DNA from: Armatimonadota bacterium
GTDB lineage: Bacteria; Armatimonadota; Fimbriimonadia; Fimbriimonadales; GBS-DC
Direction of reading: 5' to 3'
NCBI GenBank assembly: GCA_037444405.1
Contig: JBBIML010000008.1
Coordinates: 154,957 to 218,956, forward strand
Length of the DNA stretch: 64,000 nt
A program made the translations under genes and the position numbers. Every line of letters begins with the position of its first letter. Position 1 is the stretch's first letter. This document shows positions 20,362 through 27,694 of the stretch, one piece after another. The notes beneath the pieces were generated by a model, which saw nothing but the letters and a program-made list of their open reading frames with translations, had not been told where the DNA came from and did not search any database.

Positions 20362-20536
20362 TTTCTCTTCTGAAGAAGAGAGGGCGTCGATAGGCAGACG
20401 CGAAACAGCTCCTTTCATCCAGCTGAGCCGCAAAGCGGGCGGACCCGCCTCGCGCTGCAGCACGACGCCCCAATGAAGCCCAAAGGGTATTGACCCTTTG
20501 AATAAGCAGCAGCAACTTCTGTGCCAAACACCCCTC

Positions 20537-21790
20537 TTATGAAGATTCCTCAACTGATAGTGCAGGTTTGCCCGCCACATAGACCGTTTGCACGATGGGT
20601 GCGCCCAGCGTGTAGGGCAAGTCGCGCCAGTCGGGGCTGGTCAGCACGAGGAAATCGGCGCGTGCGCCGGGCACCAATGCGCCCCGATCGGTCAGCCCCA
20701 GCGCGGACGCCGCGTTGACCGTGCCCGCCACCAGCGACTCGGCAGGCGTCAAGCGGTTCAGGCGCACGGCGAGCGCCAGCGCCAGCTGCATCGAGAAGAG
20801 CGGGCTGGAGCCAGGGTTCAAATCGGTGCCGGCGGCGACCGCGGCGCCCGCCTCTATCAGCGCGCGTGCAGGCGCTGGCGGCAAGCCCAGATGCAGGCTC
20901 ACACCGGGCAGAATCGTGGCGATGGTCGAACTGTTCGCCAGCGCGCGAATCTGCGTCTCGCCCGACGCCTCCAGATGATCCACCGAGCGCGCACCGAGCC
21001 GCACCGCCAGCTCCACACCGCCCAGCGCATGGAACTGGTCGGCGTGCGCTTTGATGTCCAGCCCGTGCGCCTGCGCGGCTTGCAATATCCGCTCTGCTTC
21101 TGCCACGCTGAACGCCTCCCGCTCGATGAAGATGTCCACCGCTCGCGCCAGTCCGCGACGCGCCACTTCGAGAATGAGCTGGTCGCACACCGTGTGCAGA
21201 TAGGCGTCGCGCCCCTCGCGCGGCGGCACATGGATCAGCAAAGTGGGCACAATTGTGGGCGGTGTGATGCCCCGTTGCGCTATCGCTTCGGGCAGGCGGG
21301 CAATCGCCTCCAGCATCCGAATCTCGGCGTCAGGGGTCAGCCCGTAGCCCGACTTGATTTCGAGCGTGGTTGCGCCCGAACGCATCAGTTGAACAACGCG
21401 CGGCACGGTCAGCTCAATCAGCGTTTTGACACTGGCTTGCGCCGTGTGGCGAACGGTGTGATAGATGCCGCCCCCGCGCGCCAAGATGGTTTCATAGGGC
21501 ACGCCCTGCGCCCGCGCCTCAAAATCGTCCAGCCGGTCGCCTGCCCACATCGCGTGCGTGTGGGGGTCGATCAATCCGGGCACGACGGCGCGCCCATCCA
21601 GATCGATAATCTGGCGGGCGCGTCCATGCCACTCCCTGCGTGCATCCGCCCACACGATGCGCCCTGCCCGTGATGCGAGGGCGGCGTCGGGGATGACCTG
21701 CACCTGCGCCATCTCCGCGCCCCGATGCACGCCCAATCGCAGCGGCGTCGCCAACTGCGCAATGTTCACAAACAGCTGATCGGCTTCCAT
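20537..21790 (-). CDS. hutI: Imidazolonepropionase
   Basis: PGLIDPHTH, GGGI, EIKSGYGL, HADQ, SVDHLE and GTDLNPGSS motifs. Confidence 0.96.
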   Translation of the reverse strand: MEADQLFVNIAQLATPLRLGVHRGAEMAQVQVIPDAALASRAGRIVWADARREWHGRARQIIDLDGRAVVPGLIDPHTHAMWAGDRLDDFEARAQGVPYETILARGGGIYHTVRHTAQASVKTLIELTVPRVVQLMRSGATTLEIKSGYGLTPDAEIRMLEAIARLPEAIAQRGITPPTIVPTLLIHVPPREGRDAYLHTVCDQLILEVARRGLARAVDIFIEREAFSVAEAERILQAAQAHGLDIKAHADQFHALGGVELAVRLGARSVDHLEASGETQIRALANSSTIATILPGVSLHLGLPPAPARALIEAGAAVAAGTDLNPGSSPLFSMQLALALAVRLNRLTPAESLVAGTVNAASALGLTDRGALVPGARADFLVLTSPDWRDLPYTLGAPIVQTVYVAGKPALSVEESS

Positions 21791-21905
21791 CTGCGCCTAT
21801 AACCGTTTGTGGCACTTCCGGTGGTGTTGCGCCCCTGCCCACCAGTATTACCACGCCCTGCCGCACAACAGAGAGAATACCCTCAAGGGGTATACTTCTG
21901 CTGCT

Positions 21906-23753
21906 ATGGGCACTGTTCGCACGGACACGGATGTTCAGATGGAGGTCTACTATCGCCCCCATCGCTCCAGTCGGGCGATTCTGGAGCCTGAGCCGCCGCT
22001 GAGCGAGCTGGGGGGCACTTTCTGGGTGATTTTGCACAATCGGCGACGCCAGCCTTGCAATGTGAGCGCGATTTTGATTAATGGTGTGCCCGCCGAATCG
22101 CTGACCAACGGCAACGGGCTGAACTGGTTCCGCCTCACGCCGGAGCCGCTGCCGCCTGATGGCGCCGCGTTGCTGATTCTGAACATGCAGGCGTCGCTGC
22201 TGCGTCGGTCGCCGCTGCGTCTGAGCCTGTGGCTGGCGGACGGCGCACGCCACGAATGGGTACTGCCCACCGATTCGTCGCCGCTGACGCTCGCCAGCGC
22301 GTGGCTGGACGGGCGCGCGTTGACGGTGGTGGTGCGCAACGACGACCCGCAACGCGCATGGCGCATCGAGCGACTGCGCGTGGACGGCAGATCCGTGCGC
22401 TTCCGAACGCCCGATGCCACCCTCGCGCCCCGCACGCTCACTTTCGTCCATGCCCGACTGCCCCACACACCTGAACCCCCTACAAGCCTCATCCTGCAGG
22501 TCGATGCGCGCGCGGGCGCGGCGACCACCATGACGGCAGGCACGGTGCGACCCTTGCCCCGCTTCTTCCCGATAGGCACATGGCGGGATTCCGCATGGGG
22601 CGACGAAACGCTGATGCGCGAGCTGGTTGAGCGCGGCTTCGACACCTTCGTGTTCAGCGCGTCGGATAAACCGAACGACACAGAGCGGCGTGCTTTCGAG
22701 CAGATATGTCCGCAATCGGGTGTCAGGGCGCTGGTGTTTGCGGGCTTCCCGCGCCCCACCGCGCGCTTTATCGAACGCCACGCCCGCAACCCCCACATCG
22801 CGGCTTATATGATCAAGGATGAACCCGACTGGACTTCGCCGCGCGAGGTGGACGGCTGGCATCTGCCCACGCTGTGCGAACGGATTGCTCAGTTCATTCG
22901 GGATCGGCAGGTGGCGCCGCCGCTCTATCTCAATCTGGCGCGTTCGCGTCGGTTCGGCGAGTTCGCCACCATCCCCGACATCGCCTGCTACGACGCCTAT
23001 CGCGTCGGCGCGCCGATGCCCGATTTGTCGCCCGAGCCGTGGGGCAATCGGCTGGAGCTGACGGCGACCTACACAGAGGATTTGCGAGCGAACTGCGAGC
23101 CGCTGCCCTTCTGGGTGTGGGCGCAGGGAGCGCACGCATGGGACGAGCGCATCTGGATCGATGGACAGATCGGGCGGGCATGCCCCACCCCTGAAGAGAT
23201 TCGGGTTCAGCTCTGGCTCCAGCTGAGCCGCGGCGCGAAGGGCGTCCTGTGGTTCACCACCTTCCGCGAAGAGGAGTTCCGCCGCCACTACAGCGCGAAC
23301 CCCACCCTGCAGCGCCTGCCCGAAGCGGAGCGCCAGCGCGCGATGGAGCAACTGGTCGCGCATGGACGCGAGGCATACGCGGAGCAGACGCGCCTGAACC
23401 GCTTTTTGCAGACTGTACGCGACCGCCTGCTGCGCATGGAGTGGGCAGGCAACGCGACGATTGAGCAGGCGAGCAACCCGACACGACTGGACGCCTCACT
23501 TCTGCTGGGCGAGCGTGAAGCCGTGCTGTGGCTGACCAATCTGGACTACGAGATGCACCCGCAGGGGTATCGGTTCCGCGAACAGCGCGCTATACGGGTG
23601 CTGGTGCCGTTGCCACGCTGGTTCAAGCCGCGCCGTGCGCAGTTTCGTGACCCTGCCAGCGAGCGCGAAATCGAGTTTCAGCCCGTGCCTGAAGGCGTGC
23701 GCATCGCGCTGGACGCCCTGCCCGAACAGGTGGGCAGTCTCTGGCTGGAGTGA
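21906..23753 (+). CDS. Hypothetical protein, probable glycoside-hydrolase-like TIM barrel with Ig-like N-terminal domains
   Basis: FFPIG, YMIKDEPD, D.Y, P.WVWAQ and GAKGVLWF motifs typical of uncharacterised clan GH-A-like proteins; start uncertain. Confidence 0.65.
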   Translation: MGTVRTDTDVQMEVYYRPHRSSRAILEPEPPLSELGGTFWVILHNRRRQPCNVSAILINGVPAESLTNGNGLNWFRLTPEPLPPDGAALLILNMQASLLRRSPLRLSLWLADGARHEWVLPTDSSPLTLASAWLDGRALTVVVRNDDPQRAWRIERLRVDGRSVRFRTPDATLAPRTLTFVHARLPHTPEPPTSLILQVDARAGAATTMTAGTVRPLPRFFPIGTWRDSAWGDETLMRELVERGFDTFVFSASDKPNDTERRAFEQICPQSGVRALVFAGFPRPTARFIERHARNPHIAAYMIKDEPDWTSPREVDGWHLPTLCERIAQFIRDRQVAPPLYLNLARSRRFGEFATIPDIACYDAYRVGAPMPDLSPEPWGNRLELTATYTEDLRANCEPLPFWVWAQGAHAWDERIWIDGQIGRACPTPEEIRVQLWLQLSRGAKGVLWFTTFREEEFRRHYSANPTLQRLPEAERQRAMEQLVAHGREAYAEQTRLNRFLQTVRDRLLRMEWAGNATIEQASNPTRLDASLLLGEREAVLWLTNLDYEMHPQGYRFREQRAIRVLVPLPRWFKPRRAQFRDPASEREIEFQPVPEGVRIALDALPEQVGSLWLE

Positions 23754-23762
23754 ACCCGACGC

Positions 23763-24107
23763 TTAGCCTGGCGGCCAGGTCATCTGGCGACCGCCCAGCA
23801 GATGAAAATGCAGGTGGAACACCGACTGCCCCGCGGCGCGGTTCGTGTTCAACACCACGCGATAGCCCTCCGTCTCGATGCCCTCCTGGCGGGCAAGCTG
23901 AGCGCACACTTCCAGCAGATGCCCCAGCAGCGGCGCATGATCGGGCTGGGACTGCGCCAGGCTCGGAATGTGCGCGCGGGGCACCACCAGCACATGCACG
24001 GGCGCCTGCGGGTTAATGTCCCGAAAGGCGACCGCATGCTCGTCTTCATAGATGATATTGGCAGGTATCTCCCGCGCCACGATTTTGCAAAACAGGCATT
24101 CACTCAT
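23763..24107 (-). CDS. HIT-family nucleotide-binding protein (HinT-like)
   Basis: CLFCKI, FRDINPQAPVH and AGQSVFHLHFHLLGGR motifs. Confidence 0.97.
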   Translation of the reverse strand: MSECLFCKIVAREIPANIIYEDEHAVAFRDINPQAPVHVLVVPRAHIPSLAQSQPDHAPLLGHLLEVCAQLARQEGIETEGYRVVLNTNRAAGQSVFHLHFHLLGGRQMTWPPG

Positions 24108-24846
24108 GGTGGCTCTCCTCCTTCAGGTGGGTCAGGCGCACGCCCGTCAGCAGCTCCCGCAGCTTCTGCAGCACCTCCTGCTCCATCTGGCGCACCTCGT
24201 CGACCTTGAGCGAGAACATCTCGGCGACCTCTTCGTGCGTATGCACGCGCTCGCCATGCAGCCCATACAGGAGCTTGATGAGCGCGCGTTCAGCAGGCAG
24301 CAGGGTCGCCAGCGCGCTCTCTAACTGCTTGCCGTCAACGCTCAGCGGGTCCAGCGCCTCGGCTTGCGCGGCGAGCGTGGCTTTCTGACGCTTCTCCCGC
24401 TCGTGCCACATGCGCACCACGCCCTCCACCTGCCGATAGTTAACTGTCTCCACATAGTAGCCCTCCGCCCAGAAACTGCGCTTGCCGATACGCCGTTCCA
24501 GACGCGGCAACGCTTCAAACAGGCGGTGCGCTGTACCGCGCTTGATATTGCCCACCAAATCGGTCAGCGCCACCGTCGGCTTATAACTAACCAGCAGATG
24601 CACCTGGTTCGGCTTTAGATAGTAGGCGACGAGCTGATACTCATATTGCTGGCAGACCTCCCGCAGCGCATGGATGAAGGCGGGGATAACCTCCTCATCT
24701 AACAGCGGCTGACGGGCGCGAGTGTAGAAAGTCGCGAGGCAATACAAACGGTAGGCGCTCGATCCACTGGTGTGGACCTGCTCATAAGGCGACCCCGTAG
24801 TCTGTCGTGCTGGTGAACCAGCCGTCTGTTCGCGTTGTGCCGGCAT
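24100..24846 (-). CDS. Fusion: degenerate IS200/IS605 (Y1) transposase domain + sigma70 region-4-like domain
   Basis: TRARQPLL...KPNQVHLLVS...LVGNIKRGTA...FWAEGYYVETV (Y1 Tnp pattern), then LESALATLLPAERALIKLLYGL..ERVHTHEEVAEMF...VRQMEQEVLQKLR (sigma4 pattern). Confidence 0.85.
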   Translation of the reverse strand: MPAQREQTAGSPARQTTGSPYEQVHTSGSSAYRLYCLATFYTRARQPLLDEEVIPAFIHALREVCQQYEYQLVAYYLKPNQVHLLVSYKPTVALTDLVGNIKRGTAHRLFEALPRLERRIGKRSFWAEGYYVETVNYRQVEGVVRMWHEREKRQKATLAAQAEALDPLSVDGKQLESALATLLPAERALIKLLYGLHGERVHTHEEVAEMFSLKVDEVRQMEQEVLQKLRELLTGVRLTHLKEESHHE

Positions 24847-24948
24847 TCCTTCCACGCCTCCACACAAAAAGCCCTGTACAGCCTATCTTCCATAGTATAC
24901 CCCACTTCTTGCGCTCCTTCCTGCCTGCACAGGTAAAATTCCTGTGAA

Positions 24949-26322
24949 ATGGGCGCACCGAAACGACCAGTGCTGGCGATTGTGGGACGACCGAATGTGG
25001 GCAAATCGACGCTTTTTAATCGCCTGCTGGGTCGGCGGGTGGCAATTGTGGAGGCGATACCGGGCGTGACGCGCGACCGCCTGTATGGTGAAGCCGAGTG
25101 GCAGGCTCGCCCCTTTACCGTAATCGACACGGGCGGAATCCTGTTCGGTGCGGACGACCCGCTGCTGGAGCAGGTGCGCGTGCAGGCGCAAATCGCCATC
25201 CACGAAGCCGACTGCGTGCTGTTTCTGGTGGACGCCCGCGAGGGGCTGAACCCCGTCGATGAAGAGATTGCCAATCTCCTGCGCCGCAGCGGCAAGCCTG
25301 TGCTGCTGCTGGTAAACAAAGCTGATAACCCTGCACGCTGGGAAGCCCAGCGCGCCGAGTTCTTCCGACTGGGGCTGGGCGAGCCTATCCCCATCTCCGC
25401 CATTCACGGACATAACTTGGCCGAAGTGCTGGAAGAAGCCTTCCAGCGCATCGAGGCGGACGCCGCACCCGAAGCGGAGGAAGAGGCTCTTGAGCCGCTC
25501 CGACTGGCGATTGTGGGTCGACCGAATGTGGGCAAATCGTCGCTGCTGAACGCGATCCTGAACGAGCCGCGCGCGATTGTGAGTGAGAAGGCGGGCACCA
25601 CACGCGACGCGCTGGACACACCCTTCACCTGGAACGGTCAGCCGATGGTGCTGATCGACACGGCGGGCATCCGTCGCCCCGGTCAGGTGCAGGGTTCGCT
25701 GGACTATTATGCGCAGTTGCGAGCGGAGCGCGCCCTGCAGCGCGCCGATGTCGCGCTGGTGGTCATCGACGCGAAAGAGGGGCTGACCCATCGCGACCGC
25801 CGAATCGCCCAGCTCGCCATCGACGCTGGACGCGCCTGCGTCTGGGTCGCCAACAAGTGGGACCTGGTGGAGCCGCCCGACGGTCAACTCGCCCAAAATA
25901 CGCCCGCCAAACGCGACTTCATCCGACTGGTTCGGCAGAGCGCGCCCGCGCTCGATTTTGTGCCCCTCCAGTTCGTGTCGGCGCTCCATCAGGTGGGCAT
26001 CGAACCACTGCTGAAAACCGCCCTGCAGGTCGCCGAGTTCCACAGCATGCGTGTCTCAACGGGCGAACTCAATCGGCTCATTCACGACGCGCTCTATGAG
26101 CGACCCTACTCGCGCAAGGGCAAGCCGCTTAAGATTTACTACGCCACGATGGCAGAGGTGCGCCCGCCCACGATTGTGCTGTTCGTGAACGACCCCGAAA
26201 TTGTCCACTTCTCGTACCTGCGCTATCTGGAGAATCGGCTCCGCGAGCGATATGCCTACACGGGCACGCCCATCCGCTGGGTGGTGCGCCCCGCCCACAA
26301 GGAGCCAGAATCAACCACCTGA
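24949..26322 (+). CDS. der: Ribosome biogenesis GTPase Der (EngA)
   Basis: Two GRPNVGKS/DTxG/NKxD GTPase domains plus a KH-like tail (YLRYLEN). Confidence 0.97.
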   Translation: MGAPKRPVLAIVGRPNVGKSTLFNRLLGRRVAIVEAIPGVTRDRLYGEAEWQARPFTVIDTGGILFGADDPLLEQVRVQAQIAIHEADCVLFLVDAREGLNPVDEEIANLLRRSGKPVLLLVNKADNPARWEAQRAEFFRLGLGEPIPISAIHGHNLAEVLEEAFQRIEADAAPEAEEEALEPLRLAIVGRPNVGKSSLLNAILNEPRAIVSEKAGTTRDALDTPFTWNGQPMVLIDTAGIRRPGQVQGSLDYYAQLRAERALQRADVALVVIDAKEGLTHRDRRIAQLAIDAGRACVWVANKWDLVEPPDGQLAQNTPAKRDFIRLVRQSAPALDFVPLQFVSALHQVGIEPLLKTALQVAEFHSMRVSTGELNRLIHDALYERPYSRKGKPLKIYYATMAEVRPPTIVLFVNDPEIVHFSYLRYLENRLRERYAYTGTPIRWVVRPAHKEPESTT

Positions 26323-26348
26323 AACCAATAAGAGCCACGCGCCGAATC

Positions 26349-26376
26349 GTAGGGGTGCGGTCACCGCGCCCCCTAC
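26349..26376. repeat. GTAG-type REP element
   Basis: GTAGGGGTGCGG-TCA-CCGCGCCCCCTAC: palindrome framed by GTAG...CTAC. Confidence 0.7.
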
Positions 26377-26414
26377 AGGGACCCCCCTGAAACCCTTTGA
26401 GTATAATAAGGGCT

Positions 26415-27200
26415 ATGCGACTGCTTGGGTGGTTGCTTGCAGGGGCGCTGATTCTCGGCGGGTGCCAGCGGGCAGATGAGCGGCAGGCGGCGGAACGCTG
26501 GCTCAAAGAAGGCGAGAAGAAGCTGCAGGCGCGCGATTACGCCGGCGCCGCCGAAGCCTTTACCCGCTATGTGAATGAACGCAATAATCTAACCGCCGCG
26601 CTCCCGGAGGTCTATCGCGCCTATGTGCGCCAGCGTGCCTTCGAACCTGCCTATGAGTTTCTGGTGCAGTACGAGCCGCGCGCCAACGAGATTAAGGTCA
26701 CGGTCGACCGCTCCGACTACTATCGTGTGCTGGGCAATCTGGCGTATCAGACAGGTAAAGTGGACGAGGCGTTCCGCTGGTACGAAAAAGCCATCCAGCT
26801 CAACAATCAGAACCACGAGGCATTCAACAACTACGCTTATGCGCTGGCGGAGCAGGGTAAAGAGCTGGAGCGCGCCCTTGAGTTAGTGAACCATGCGCTG
26901 GCGCTGCGCCCCAGCGCGGGCACCTATTACGACACGCGCGGCTGGATTTATTACAAGCTGGGGCGGTACGAGGAGGCGTTGAAAGATTTGCGTCTGGCGG
27001 TGGACACCGCACCTCAAACCGCTGAACTGCGCTATCACCTGGCAGCCATCTATGCGAAGCTGGGTCGGAAGCAGGACGCGCTGGTCGAACTCGAAAAGGC
27101 GCTCGCGCTGGACCCCAGCTACCAGCCAGCACGCGAGCTCCAGCAGTCGCTTCAGGGCGCAAAGTCCGAACCGTCCAGCAGCCACTCCGCTGCCCGATAA
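26415..27200 (+). CDS. TPR-repeat lipoprotein
   Basis: Lipobox LGGC; TPRs including NNYAYALAE...DTRGWIYYKLG. Confidence 0.88.
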   Translation: MRLLGWLLAGALILGGCQRADERQAAERWLKEGEKKLQARDYAGAAEAFTRYVNERNNLTAALPEVYRAYVRQRAFEPAYEFLVQYEPRANEIKVTVDRSDYYRVLGNLAYQTGKVDEAFRWYEKAIQLNNQNHEAFNNYAYALAEQGKELERALELVNHALALRPSAGTYYDTRGWIYYKLGRYEEALKDLRLAVDTAPQTAELRYHLAAIYAKLGRKQDALVELEKALALDPSYQPARELQQSLQGAKSEPSSSHSAAR

Positions 27201-27368
27201 AACCGTTCGCAATTATCCGTCCACGAAGGATAATATACCCTTTTTTGTCCTTCGCGGAAGGATAAATCCAGCGAAGCAGGTGGGGAACCCCCCACATGAC
27301 GGCTGATCGAAACAGGACTGGGCCGCTGCCCTCAGCCCGGCGAGGGTTCCCCCTCAGGCGCACCTCCC

Positions 27369-27560
27369 CTATTTGCCGCCGTACTTCTTATAGGTCGCCT
27401 CGTCCACGAACTTGGTCAGCTTGCGCCCGTTGTACTCGGCTTTCAGGGCGTAGCGCACCTGCTTCTTGCCGGACTTGGTGGTCCGCTCATACTTGACCGC
27501 CTTCACCTGATTGTCCGGCACATCAATCATCTTGCGGTCCTTCACGCTGAAGAACTGCAT
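27369..27560 (-). CDS. Small lysine-rich protein (CC1/DUF5679-like)
   Basis: 63 aa, strong SD AAGGAGGGAGG, codon usage like highly expressed genes, very basic. Confidence 0.85.
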   Translation of the reverse strand: MQFFSVKDRKMIDVPDNQVKAVKYERTTKSGKKQVRYALKAEYNGRKLTKFVDEATYKKYGGK

Positions 27561-27694
27561 AGAGCCTCCCTCCTTACTGGTTGGATTACAGACAGGTTCA
27601 CCTGCCTGCGTCGACTCTATTCTACACCATCCTGCACGATTCCTGCTTTTTTCAGGGGGGAATTCGGGTCAAAATCGCCTGAAAAAGGGGCATT

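Noticed and set aside
24100..24846. Active IS200/IS605 element
   Set aside because: HUH and catalytic Tyr are substituted, there is no tnpB or terminal hairpins, and the gene is embedded in a housekeeping context.
27200..27265. dif (XerCD) site or DnaA-box cluster
   Set aside because: Only partial resemblance (GTTCGCA, TTATCC); no TTATGTTAAAT arm with a 6-bp spacer and no full TTATCCACA boxes.
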